IMG/VR virus record: IMGVR_UViG_3300020341_000004
Span: 1 to 36,528 of that record
Strand: one strand, 5' to 3'
DNA: 36,528 nucleotides
From: a virus
Taxonomy: Duplodnaviria; Caudoviricetes
This document shows positions 1 to 10,700 of this stretch, one piece after another. Each line of letters opens with the position of its first letter. The stretch's first letter is position 1. The translations under genes and the position numbers were made by a program. Under the pieces are notes generated by a model. That model did no database searches. It was given only the letters and a program-made list of their open reading frames with translations, and was not told the DNA's origin.

Positions 1-259
1 GTCTGAAAACCTCGTTATTACTGAAGAGACTGTCATTGGTGATTTGAATAATCCTTTGAAGAAGGACCCCCAGTTCGTGCTCGCAGTGCATGAGCAACAG
101 ATCAATAAGATGGCAGATGTAATCCAAGAGATTGCCGAGCGCCTCGTAAGTCTTGAAGCAAAACTGATTGAAGTAGAAAACCTCATGAGGTTCCCTGACG
201 GCGAGCATCCCCTTGATAAGTATCCTGAAGTATCTGGGAGACTGAACGTTGGATCCTAG
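1..259 (+). CDS. Hypothetical coiled-coil phage protein, 5'-truncated
   Basis: The frame of the 44..259 ORF is open from base 2 (SENLVITEETVIGDLNNPLKK...), so the true start is probably just outside the window; base 1 G could be the end of an ATG. Heptad-like segment INKMADVIQEIAERLVSLEAKLIEVE. Confidence 0.7.
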   Translation, partial: SENLVITEETVIGDLNNPLKKDPQFVLAVHEQQINKMADVIQEIAERLVSLEAKLIEVENLMRFPDGEHPLDKYPEVSGRLNVGS

Positions 260-515
260 AAATTACTACGAAGAGATACTGAATAACTTTGACGCCTTCT
301 GCGACCAGTTTGAGGGAGCAGCAGCAAAAAGATTTGCAGGACTAGACAATGACTCAAGACAACCAATTGACAATGCAACAGTTCAACGAGCAACTCCAAG
401 AGCTGCTAAAGAAGTTGACGACGGTGGAGAAGAGGGTATCCAACTTAGAGAACCCCCAATTGATGTACAAGCCGCCCCAGTCCCAGAACTACCAGACATT
501 ATCGGAGACGCTTGA
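249..515 (+). CDS. Small hypothetical phage protein (NFDAFCDQFE motif, acidic tail)
   Basis: TTG start with GGAG just upstream; amphipathic N-terminus resembling small cyanomyovirus proteins (from memory); 3' part overlaps ORF 349..582. Confidence 0.6.
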   Translation: MDPRNYYEEILNNFDAFCDQFEGAAAKRFAGLDNDSRQPIDNATVQRATPRAAKEVDDGGEEGIQLREPPIDVQAAPVPELPDIIGDA

Positions 516-582
516 CGATCTACATACAGAGGTAAGGATTCTGAAAGGACTAAGAGATGCCGAATGTAGCGAGGGAGGGTGA
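349..582 (+). CDS. Small coiled-coil hypothetical phage protein (LENPQLMYKPP motif)
   Basis: ATG with AGGA upstream; clear heptad pattern; overlaps the PAAR start by 26 nt. Confidence 0.7.
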   Translation: MTQDNQLTMQQFNEQLQELLKKLTTVEKRVSNLENPQLMYKPPQSQNYQTLSETLDDLHTEVRILKGLRDAECSEGG

Positions 583-871
583 TACAGTAAACACTGGACA
601 TGGTTGTGATACCGTCGTAGAGATCCTGGAAGGGGACTCTACAGTGCTCGTGGAGGGGAAACCCGTAGCAGTGCAGTCCAGTCCCTTAGAACCCCACACA
701 ATCACGAATCCAGCGGTTCCACCAATACCACCCTGCATTGATCACCCAGGACAGATTGTCAATGCAGGATCTGGTACAGTTATTGTAGGTGGTAAAGGTA
801 TTGCCAGGGTGGGCGACAGTGCAGATCTTGGCAGCATTGCTACAGGATCTAGTACAGTCATTGCAGGATAA
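557..871 (+). CDS. gp5.4: PAAR-repeat spike-tip protein (T4 gp5.4-like)
   Basis: Three PAAR-type repeats (NVAREGD, GKPVAVQSS, GKGIARVGD), His/Cys candidate metal ligands (GHGC, PH, CIDH), C-terminal GSSTVIAG. Confidence 0.9.
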   Translation: MPNVAREGDTVNTGHGCDTVVEILEGDSTVLVEGKPVAVQSSPLEPHTITNPAVPPIPPCIDHPGQIVNAGSGTVIVGGKGIARVGDSADLGSIATGSSTVIAG

Positions 872-889
872 TCAATCCTGTGTTATAGT
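861..889 (+). promoter_or_regulatory. Sigma70-like (early/middle) promoter with extended -10
   Basis: TTGCAG (861-866), 17-nt spacer, TATAGT (884-889) preceded by TGn; AT-rich leader before the ATG at 913. Confidence 0.6.
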
Positions 890-912
890 AATTAAGTAAT
901 TCATTCAAGATT

Positions 913-1059
913 ATGGCACGAAGCAAAGTTGGACTTTCTGGCGGACTTATGATTGAGTCCAAACCCAAGAAGACTCGTCAAGGATCGGGGCAGCATACAA
1001 AATACGCTGCCACTTCTCGGAATGGTAAGAAGAAGCGTTATCGCGGACAAGGTAGGTGA
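913..1059 (+). CDS. 48-aa highly basic peptide (KKRYRGQG C-terminus), absent from the ORF track
   Basis: Hand translation: MARSKVGLSGGLMIESKPKKTRQGSGQHTKYAATSRNGKKKRYRGQGR*. Fills the gap on the coding strand and follows a promoter. Confidence 0.8.
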   Translation: MARSKVGLSGGLMIESKPKKTRQGSGQHTKYAATSRNGKKKRYRGQGR

Positions 1060-1091
1060 TGACCGTAGCGCCGAAACTCCGAGGGATATAA

Positions 1092-1763
1092 ATGAATTTA
1101 ATATGTAACATACCTGCACAGAAGGTATGGGTAAGAAAAGAATATCTCCGCGATCATCAAGATGGGCACGGAGAGTTTGTAGAAGGTATTTGGGTATCTG
1201 CTAAAAGTATACCTGGACGTGCTTTTTACTTTGAGACGTACTTGCCTGAATACGGAGCAATGTATGATAAGTTACCCATTAGTGCGTTTGTACGATCCCC
1301 CAAAACCCCAGTCATAGACATGGATTTGGCGAATCTACAATTCTGGAATTGCATGGACTATGGAGTCATGGCAATCAACAAAGGATTCATTGCTCAGATG
1401 GAAGTAGAGATCTTTACTCGTGACCATGGGTTACAGAAAGGGAAATACTTGTTTACACTAGACAATTACCATGCAAATCCTGATGTGATAGATAATAATG
1501 TGAGCGAAACTCCACAGGAGCATAAGTCGCATAATTGCATTGCATTGAACAATGGTCAATACGCTTTGTATCCTAATAATAGGATGCGACTGTATGACCT
1601 CTCCTTGACTCCAGAACAACCTACATTCCCTGACTTTAAAGTATCTACCATAGAATACGAAGTTGAGGGTGGAACCGACTGGGGACGCCTTGGAGACACT
1701 GATGATTATTTTTGGGAAACTAATGCTGAACGAAAACTACGGACGGAGAACTCAGATGGGTAA
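1092..1763 (+). CDS. Conserved cyanomyovirus hypothetical protein
   Basis: 223-aa ORF with GAGG RBS; motifs VWVRKEYL, SIPGRAFYFETYLPEYGAMYDKLPISAF and EHKSHN recognised as a widespread marine phage family of unknown function. Confidence 0.85.
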   Translation: MNLICNIPAQKVWVRKEYLRDHQDGHGEFVEGIWVSAKSIPGRAFYFETYLPEYGAMYDKLPISAFVRSPKTPVIDMDLANLQFWNCMDYGVMAINKGFIAQMEVEIFTRDHGLQKGKYLFTLDNYHANPDVIDNNVSETPQEHKSHNCIALNNGQYALYPNNRMRLYDLSLTPEQPTFPDFKVSTIEYEVEGGTDWGRLGDTDDYFWETNAERKLRTENSDG

Positions 1764-1908
1764 TTCACGAGTTGATAAAAGTCAACAATTCGTTGATGAG
1801 GGCATGACTCTCATTACGGAAACTGATAGTGACAAGTATCTGAATATGGCGGCAAAGCGCAACCGTAACAAGAAAAAAGAAGAACTGTACCCAATGCCTG
1901 AAGAATGA
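1756..1908 (+). CDS. 50-aa hypothetical protein (MGNSRVDK...GMTLITE)
   Basis: Start reassigned from 1663 to ATG 1756: GGAG at 1745-1748 and only an 8-nt overlap with the upstream gene. Confidence 0.7.
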   Translation: MGNSRVDKSQQFVDEGMTLITETDSDKYLNMAAKRNRNKKKEELYPMPEE

Positions 1909-2573
1909 ACAATAGAATGGTTGAAGTATCTAAACTTGACTTGTACCCCACTAGACTTATGGGGTTTAGATACAATCAATATAAAAAAATGAATATGAAG
2001 ATTGTCAAATATCTTCTTAAAAAACGAGATGAAGAACCTGACAATAAACCTTATTCAATTGGTGGTGATGGATGGCATTCTAATTACAACTTAACTGACT
2101 TAGACTATGATTGGTCTAGGGAGTTAAAAGAAATGATTCTTCAGGTAGTTGCCGATTACTCTCATGAACCGTGTGAAATTTTGCCTAATTTTAAATTAGA
2201 AACTTGGGCAATGATTATTCCTTCTGGGGCGTACTCTAATTTACATAGTCATCCTGGTTGGTACATGAGCGGTGTGTATTATGTTAAAGTTCCTGAAGAA
2301 CTAGAAAAGACTGCTCTGGAGAGTGGACATGGAAGTATTTCATTCCCTGATACTAGAGCAGGTGCTTGCGGAACGATGCATGAAGCAGCTACTTTCAAAG
2401 TTGCTCCTAGAGAAGGTGAAGGTGCTGTATTCCCAAGTTGGATGCCTCACTACGTTACTCCGTATCAAGGAAGTCCTAATGATTTACGCATAAGTATTTC
2501 GTGGAATATCATCTTTGATAGTAGGATGAACGGTGGAGACGTTATAGCTGGGGAAAAGACACTAAATAACTAG
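1905..2573 (+). CDS. Putative 2OG-Fe(II) oxygenase (2OG-FeII_Oxy_5 / TIGR02466-like)
   Basis: Motifs HSHP..MSGVYYV, FPSWMPHYV and RISISWN give the HxH...H iron triad and the RxS 2-oxoglutarate site. ATGA overlap with the upstream stop. Confidence 0.88.
   Translation: MNNRMVEVSKLDLYPTRLMGFRYNQYKKMNMKIVKYLLKKRDEEPDNKPYSIGGDGWHSNYNLTDLDYDWSRELKEMILQVVADYSHEPCEILPNFKLETWAMIIPSGAYSNLHSHPGWYMSGVYYVKVPEELEKTALESGHGSISFPDTRAGACGTMHEAATFKVAPREGEGAVFPSWMPHYVTPYQGSPNDLRISISWNIIFDSRMNGGDVIAGEKTLNN
2561..2568 (+). promoter_or_regulatory. T4-type late promoter variant (ACTAAATA) for gp25
   Basis: TAAATA core 23 nt upstream of the gp25 ATG, inside the last oxygenase codons. Confidence 0.6.
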
Positions 2574-2591
2574 TGACTCCGTATACTCTTA

Positions 2592-2987
2592 ATGGCAACG
2601 TCTAATCTCTCGTTTAGAGATGTCAATATTACCTTTAAGAAGCATCCTGTTACTGACGACGTAGTTGTTAGTAAGGACAATGCTGCTATTAAGCAAGCTA
2701 TTGTCAATTTGATTCTCACCAATAAAGGTGAGCGTTTATTTAATCCAGATTACGGTTCAGACATTAGATCCTACTTGTTTGAACCGTTGGATTATGCAAT
2801 TGCTGGTATCATTAAAAAGAACATGCAATTGTCCCTAGCAAAGTATGAACCTAGAATTAGAGTAACATCTATTGCATGTGTACCTAATTTTGAAGACAAT
2901 GGGTTAGACGTTGAATTAACTTATGAAATAAGAGGAACCGATGTCCCCCCTGTTCAAATAGAGTTCTTCCTGTCTAGGACGAGATAA
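2592..2987 (+). CDS. gp25: Baseplate wedge subunit gp25
   Basis: AIKQAIVNLILTNKGERLFNPDYGS and KYEPRIRV are GPW/gp25 family motifs; directly upstream of gp6. Confidence 0.95.
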   Translation: MATSNLSFRDVNITFKKHPVTDDVVVSKDNAAIKQAIVNLILTNKGERLFNPDYGSDIRSYLFEPLDYAIAGIIKKNMQLSLAKYEPRIRVTSIACVPNFEDNGLDVELTYEIRGTDVPPVQIEFFLSRTR

Positions 2988-4789
2988 TGCCATATACCCA
3001 ATTAAACAATCTAGACTTCTCTGAAATCAAGACTGCTCTCAAAGAATATATGAGAGCACAGTCAGATTTCACTGACTATGACTTTGAAGCATCTGCCTTA
3101 AGTCAGTTGTTGGATGTATTGGCGTATAACACCTACTACACGGCGTTCAACGCTAACATGGTAGTCAATGAGATGTTCCTTGACTCTGCTACCCTCAGAG
3201 ACAATGTAGTAGCGTTAGCGAAGCAATTAGGGTACACTCCTAGGTCAATAACATCCCCTAGAACAGACATTGGATTTAAAGTTAACTTTCCAGTTACAGC
3301 ACCTGCTTCGGTAGAATTAAAAAGAGGAACAGGATTTGTAACAAATTACGACGGAACACTTTATCGTTATGTTTCATTAAAGTCTGTCAAAGCTCCTGTT
3401 GTTAACGGTGTAGCAACTTTTTCTGATGTTGCGTTACACGAAGGATCTTATGTCGTAAGTAACTATACTTTTGATGGAACATTAAAAGATCAAAAATTTA
3501 AGATTCAGAATTCATCGGCAGATTTGTCTTCTCTAATTGTTAGAGTTTACGAGTCTGCCAATTCTAGTGTATATGATGAATATACAAGATCTGATAATCT
3601 TCTTTCAGTAGGAGCAGATGATAAAGTATTCTTCATCAGTGAAGTGGACGATGAGCAATATGAATTGTTCTTCGGTGATGGAGTTTTAGGTAAGAAGTTA
3701 TCTGATGGTAATGTAATTGAAGTAAGTTATATCCTTACTAAAGGTCCACTGTCTAATGGCGCTAAATCATTCACCTTTAGTGGTGTATTGTTAGACGAGA
3801 ATCAATTAAAGGTAACTGTACCATTTTCTGTAAATACTATTACAGTTGATTCTCCTTCACAAGGTGGATCTGAAATTGAAAGTATTGATACAATTAAATA
3901 TAATGCACCTAAGTCATATGGTGCTCAGAATAGAGCAGTAACATCAAATGACTATGCTGCTATCGTAAGAAACTTATATCCTGCAATTGCAGATATTATT
4001 GTATTTGGTGGGGAAGATCAAGTTCCTCCTGAGTATGGTAAAGTATTTCTTGCAGTAAAACCATCTCAGGCAAATGCACTGTCTTCAGCAACTAAAAAAG
4101 ATTTAACTGACAGATTAAAGCAATATACTGTTGCTTCAGTAAAACCTGTATTTGTAGATCCATCTCTTTTGTTTATTGAGATTGATAGTAAAATTTATTT
4201 TGATGGTTCTAAGACAAATATGTTGCCTGCAGAGGTTGCAGCAAAAGTTTCAACAGGAGTTAGTGAATACCTTGAGACTTCAGGTACTGAAAAGTTTAAT
4301 GGTAAATTTAGATACAGTAAATTCATTGGTGTAATTGATGGTTCTGATCGTGCTGTCAATTCAAATATTACCGAAGTTACTCTAAGAAAAGATTTTTACG
4401 CTCAGATTAACGCATCTGCTTATTACGAGATTTGTTATCAGAATGAGTTCTTGAAAGATTGTGATGGTCCTGTAGTAACATCTACTGGTATGACTGTTTT
4501 TGAACATCCAAACCACACCTCCTATCTGGAAGATAGGGATGGCAAAATCGTCCTATATAGACTAGATTCGCTAACTGGAGATAAAATTCTCCTGAACGAT
4601 TCTGTTGGAGATATTGATTATAAACACGGTGAAATTAAATTATACGACTTCACAATTTTGAAAGGAACATTTTCAGACAATCGTATTGAACTGAGAGTAA
4701 AACCTGCTAGTAATGATGTTGAGGTTAAGCGTGAAGTATATCTAGATGTAGATATCTCAAAGAGTACATTTGTAGCATACAAAGAGTAG
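2987..4789 (+). CDS. gp6: Baseplate wedge subunit gp6
   Basis: LDFSEIK...DYDFEASALSQLLDVLAYNTYY...EMFLDSATLR, FGDGVLGK and AQNRAVTSNDY motifs; 600 aa. Confidence 0.96.
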   Translation: MPYTQLNNLDFSEIKTALKEYMRAQSDFTDYDFEASALSQLLDVLAYNTYYTAFNANMVVNEMFLDSATLRDNVVALAKQLGYTPRSITSPRTDIGFKVNFPVTAPASVELKRGTGFVTNYDGTLYRYVSLKSVKAPVVNGVATFSDVALHEGSYVVSNYTFDGTLKDQKFKIQNSSADLSSLIVRVYESANSSVYDEYTRSDNLLSVGADDKVFFISEVDDEQYELFFGDGVLGKKLSDGNVIEVSYILTKGPLSNGAKSFTFSGVLLDENQLKVTVPFSVNTITVDSPSQGGSEIESIDTIKYNAPKSYGAQNRAVTSNDYAAIVRNLYPAIADIIVFGGEDQVPPEYGKVFLAVKPSQANALSSATKKDLTDRLKQYTVASVKPVFVDPSLLFIEIDSKIYFDGSKTNMLPAEVAAKVSTGVSEYLETSGTEKFNGKFRYSKFIGVIDGSDRAVNSNITEVTLRKDFYAQINASAYYEICYQNEFLKDCDGPVVTSTGMTVFEHPNHTSYLEDRDGKIVLYRLDSLTGDKILLNDSVGDIDYKHGEIKLYDFTILKGTFSDNRIELRVKPASNDVEVKREVYLDVDISKSTFVAYKE

Positions 4790-4792
4790 TAG

Positions 4793-7700
4793 ATGTTGAA
4801 AACTGCTAATAAAATCTCATATCTAGTTGAGTCTCAGCTACCCGACTTCATCAATGAAGAGTACGAACTTTTTGGCAAGTTTGTAAAAAAATACTATGAG
4901 CAATTAGAATTACAAGGTCAACCCCTTGACATTATTACGAACCTTGAAACGTATCGTGATATTGATTTTTATGAGACAAATATTCTTAAGCAGTCAACTA
5001 CTCTCTCTGGATCTTTAGGACAATCAGATACAACTATTACAGTTGCTGATGCAACATCATTTCCTAAGAATGGTGGTTACATTAAAATTGATGATGAAAT
5101 TTGCTTCTATGCAGAAAGAACTGATACACAGTTTTTAGAAGTTAGTCGTGGTGTCAGTGGAAATACCACTATTGGTGATCTTTATACAAAAAGCACTTTT
5201 GTAACTACACAGGCTGATCCTCATGTCAATGGATCAACTGTACAGAACATCAGTAATTTATTTTTATATTCTTTAGTTAAAAGTTTTGAAGCACAGTATC
5301 TGGCAGATTTCCCAGAAGCATATTTAAAAGAAGGAGTTGACAAAAGAACTCTTTTAAAGAATATTACAGATTTTTATAGAGCAAAAGGAACTGATAATTC
5401 TATCAAGTTCTTATTTAAGTGCTTGATTAAGGATGACCCAAATCCAGAAGTTTCATATCCCAGAGATCACACTCTTAAGAGTTCTGAATCTGACTGGATT
5501 CAAGTATACGCACTAAGAGCAAAGATTGCTACAGGAACACCTGAAGATCTTATTGGAAAAACAATTGTCCAAGATATTGAAGGTCAATATGCTTCTGCGG
5601 TTGTTGATAATGTAAAGTATAGTGGAAAGTATGATGGTGAAGATCTATACGACATTATACTAGATGAATCTACAGTAAATGGTACATTCAATACATCATT
5701 AAAAACAGAATTAACAAAAAACATTACCCCTGCATTGACAGTTGGTGATAAAGTAGATGTATTTTCAACAATGGGTTGGAAGTCTGTAGGAACTTTCAAT
5801 ATTGGAGATGAGCAATTTACATTTGAAGAAAAGAATGTAAATCAATTCACTATTAAAACTAGATCTGGTTCGGGATCTTATGCTGCAGGCACTTCAGTAA
5901 CTTATGGTGCCAATGTATCATCTGGAAGCATTAATCTATTGATTTTTGGATTACTTTATGGACTAGAGAATTTTGTAGAGAGTCCATATTCAAATCCTGG
6001 TGATGTTGTAGAGATTTCAAAATCTGGATTTCTTACTAACAATGTAGTAATTAAAGACCCTGCTACAGATCAAATTCGTTGGAAGTTTAGTTCTAATTCT
6101 CCTGCAATTGCTGATCTCAATTCAAATGTCTCTGCAATTTTTGAAGATGGTGAGGGATATTATATTGCATCATCTGGATTCCCGTCCCATACCATTGGCA
6201 CACTGCCACCAGATGCTAAAGATCAAAGACAACTTAGGATTGTAAGAAAACATCCTATTACAACAACCGAGATCTACAAGACATCTTATAGAGATGTTGG
6301 TATTGCTATCAACGGAATTCCTTTCTTGGGATATAAAGATAGTGATGTTGTAAACAACGGACCTATTGAATCAATTAATGTTACCCAAAGAGGTTCTGGT
6401 TATGCTAGAGAACCATTTGTATTGATTGATGGAGTATCAGATTTAGCGAGAACAAAACTTGCTGGTCAGGTAGTAGAATCGGTTGTAGTAGATGTTCCTG
6501 GTAATTATACCACTGTTCCTACAGTTGAAATTCTTTCTGGTAGAAATGGAGTTGCACGTGCAATTATAACGAATGGAGAGATTACTAGCATTGTTGTAGA
6601 AAATGCAGGTGAATACTATTCTTCTCCACCAGAAGTTAGAATTATTGATAATGCAGGTAAAGGACGATTTGCAAATTATCGTGCTACCGTATCAAATGCA
6701 GGAGAACTAACTGGGTTTGAAAAAATTAATGGTGGAAGTCTATACAGTCAAGAAAATATAAGAGTTGATATCATTCCTGTAGGTTCTGGAGCAACAGCAT
6801 CAGTATCAATCAAAGAGTGGAGAAAGGACAGATATAATAAAAATAAGACTTCTTTAGATGCAAACAATGGAGACTTTTTTGAGAATATTGTAAAGTCTCG
6901 TGGTTCTGGATATGCATACTACGCAATACCATCTTCAATAAGACCTAATGATAATGGAACTACACACTCTCCTATTTTGGGATTTGCTTATGATGGCAAT
7001 CCCATTTATGGTCCTTATGGTTTTTCTGATGCTTTAGATAAAAATTCTTCTGTAACTAGAATGACATCTAGTTATACTAAAAATGCTACCAGATCTACTG
7101 GTCCTGAAGTTGCAACGTATCCAATTGGTACGTTTATCAATGATTACACTTATATTGATCAATATGGATTATTAGATCGTAATAATGGTAGATTCTGTGT
7201 TACGCCAGATTATCCACACGGAACATATGCTTACTTTACTACTTTAGACTCAAATGGAGATCCTGCATTCCCATACATTGTAGGTGAGAATTATTACTCT
7301 CTTCCATTAGATTCTAATTATAATTCTGAAATTTCACAATCTGATATTCCAGTAAATGCAAAGAGACTTAGAGTATCTGGTATTGCTAATAATGGAGAAT
7401 TAGCATTAGCAAAGATTGATGATGTAGAACGTGGTAGTATTGACTCGGTGTCTGTTATTGATAGTGTCAATAATTTTTCTGTAGGATCTTCTCTAGTCAT
7501 CTCCGATGTTGGAACCGATGGTTTTGGTTCTCAGGCACAAGTTTCTTCAGTAAAAGGTAGAACTGTTAGTAAGGTAGAATCACAAGATGTAAAGTGTTTA
7601 TTTGTTGAATTAAAAACAACTGCATATCTGTTTAATGGTGATACTATTACTCAATCAGTAACTGGTGCCACAGGAAAGATTGTTGGAGACGTATTTACAG

Positions 7701-10700
7701 GGACTAGATTTGCCTTACGTGATGTAACAGGTACGTTTAATGACTCTGAAGTATTATCATCTAGTACAAAGGTTCTTAATCTAATTCTAGATAAAAACTC
7801 ATCTTACACAAAAGGTGCTACTTTAGAGTTGTCTGATGGAGTAAATGCTGCTGTAGCATCTGGAGAGGTATTAGAAACCACTACAAATCAAAACACAGTA
7901 AAGGTTAAAGTAGTATCAGGAACTTTTAGTGTTTCTGATACCTTGTTCCTAAGAAGTTCTAACTTAATTAATACTACAGGATCTAAGATTGTTTCTATCG
8001 GTCAATTGAGCGATGATCTTATTATATTCAATATAAAAGACAATGTTGCTATTTTAAAGACATCAGATTCTCATGGTGTCTCGGTAAATGAAAATATTGA
8101 TATTGATATCAATCCTGATGATTCTAACACAACACTTACATATAATGTAAGATCTAGAATTTATCAAGAAGTAGTCCTTGAAACCCCAGGTGTAGCAAGG
8201 GTTTTGAAGGATACTGGTATTGGTAGAATTCAGATTTTAAATGGTGGAGAAGATTATACCCCAGGAACATATCCTAATATTGCACTGAATGGTGGATTAG
8301 GAAAAGATGCAAAGGCAACTATTGTAGTATCATCAACAGGTTCTGTTACTAGCGTAGAGATAACTACAAAAGGATCGGACTATGCAAAGTTTGATCTTTT
8401 AACGGTTGGAGATACTGCTCTTAGTAAAACAGATCCCACAACTCCACAGGTAAGTTTGAGTGTTGATCATGTTGGATTGGCAGCAACAAATGCCGTCTTA
8501 AATCTTGACAGTTCTATTGGAATTACCACAAATGATTATTTGAAAATTGGAAATGAAATTGTTAAAGTGGTATCTAAACTGAATGATGCAGTAACAGTAC
8601 AAAGAGCCCAAAAAGGTACAACTGCTGTAGATCATTTCACGGATGCTGCTGTAAATACGTTTGATCCTGGGTATAATTTAAGTGTTGGATATCAATTAGG
8701 ATCTACTACCAGTGACCCACAAGTGGTAAGTTATGACCCAACTACTCAGAAACTTGTCGTAAGTTACAACTACAGTAAAACACTTGCAAATATCAATTCT
8801 ATAGATCTCGGCACAGTATTCTTTGATCAGAGTGCAGATCAACGATTGGTTCAAATAAAGAGCGTTTCAGATCCAATTTCATGTTTTGAATTTTCAGAAA
8901 CGACTGCTAATTTTAAGCGTAATATCAATCTAGACCTAAAAGAAGGATATAAGTATATTTTTGATACGAGTCATTCTTCAATGACTGGTGTTAACTTTGA
9001 TGTTTCACCTAGTAAAAATTTAAATTTACAAACGTTAGAAAAAACTACAACTGCAACATCAGTAATTTTAAAGTTTGGATTTGGACCAGCATTAGCAACC
9101 AATGCTTACACAAACAAAATTGAAACTCCATATAGAAAGTATTTCTACTTTGATGGATTAGGAAATGTCAAATCTGAAGATGGAGTTATTAATCTAATTA
9201 AAGATCCTCTACAGGGAAGTAAGAAGGCAATCTATGTTACTACTACTGAAATCGTATATGATACGGTAATTCCTGCTACAAACGATGGTAGTGGATCAAT
9301 TTCATATACTACAGAGTCTAGGTTAGCAATTGGTGCTATTAATAAAGTACAAGTAACTAATATTGGTAGAGACTATAAAAAAGTTCCTGTCGTAAAAGCA
9401 GTTCAACCTACATCATCATATTCAGCAACAGCAACTTGTGGAATTGATTCTGGTAGAATTGTTAGTGTTTCTGTAGATAGTTCTGGAAAAAATTATTCTA
9501 AACCAGTTGCAGTGTGTTCTGGTAATGCAAAGTTTACAGTAATATCAGATCAGGGAAGAGTTACTGGAATTGAAATAGTTGATTCTGGATCTGGATATAC
9601 TACGGCACCTACCATCACAATTGCAGAATCGGATGTTGAGTGTTATATCAACAGTTCTAACATAGGTGTTCCTAGAAATATTAATGTAATTAATGTCGGT
9701 GGATCTTTCCATGGAGATAATACTCTTGGTTCAACGTTTAGATCCAACTACTCTCTAGTAATTTCTAATTTTGCAAAAGATTCATTTGCAATTGGTGAAA
9801 CTGTAATTCAAAAGTTTAATAATGTAGAAGTAGCACGTGCAAGAATTACTGACGTTAGAGATGGTTCTAATGTACTAACTGTTGACAGAGTACAAGGAGT
9901 GTTTAGAGAACTTACTGATATTGTTGGTCTTGCTAGAAACAACACTGCAAGATTAGAGTCTATTAGATATACTGAGTTCTCCCCCCAAATTAAAACATAC
10001 TACGATAACCAAGGATCTTTCAAATCCGATGCTGGTAAATTAAGTGATCAGAATCAGAGAATTACAGATTCTTTCTATTATCAAGATTATTCTTACCTAG
10101 TCAAGTCTAAGACTTCTATTGATTCTTGGAGATCTTTAATTAAGAGTACAACACATCCAGCTGGATTTAAGGTATTTGGTGAGGTGATGGTTGAGTCTGC
10201 TTCTGACGTTTCAATGCAAGCAGATACTAAAACAACTACTACTAGTATTGTACAACTTTGGAATCCAAATGTCAACAAAGTTTCTGTAATTAGAACTCAG
10301 AAAAAAGTCACGCAAAGTATTGCGTTGATGGAGAATCTAAACGTTGAAAAAGGTGTAGGTTCTGTTGCTATTGAAGCATTTAATACCAGTGAAGTAAGAG
10401 CAAAAGAGGTAAGACTTGCTAATGATTGGGTTTCCCAGTCAGGAGGTTACATCTATAAAGGTAATGCATTTGATGGCGCATTTACAGATAATGGTAATCT
10501 TGAAGGCACGACAACATTTACTTTGGTAGATGAAGATAATAATGTTGTTAGACCTTATAATGAGCAAGCATTGACTATTACATTAGACGGAGTATTCCAA
10601 GAACCAGGAATTGCATATACAATTTCTGGTGATAAAATTACTTTTGCTCAACCACCTTTAGGAAAGTCTACTAAAGATGGACAAGAATCTCCTGGTGTAA

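Noticed and set aside
1087-1094. TATAAATG as a late promoter
   Set aside because: It mismatches the consensus at the last base and overlaps the start codon of the gene it would drive.
1663-1755. N-terminal extension of the 1663..1908 ORF
   Set aside because: It overlaps the upstream gene by about 100 nt; ATG 1756 has a good RBS and is the better start.
557-4789. Bacterial T6SS or extracellular contractile injection system (PAAR + gp25)
   Set aside because: T4-type gp6/gp7/gp8, T4 late promoters and cyanophage-type small genes indicate a lytic myovirus.
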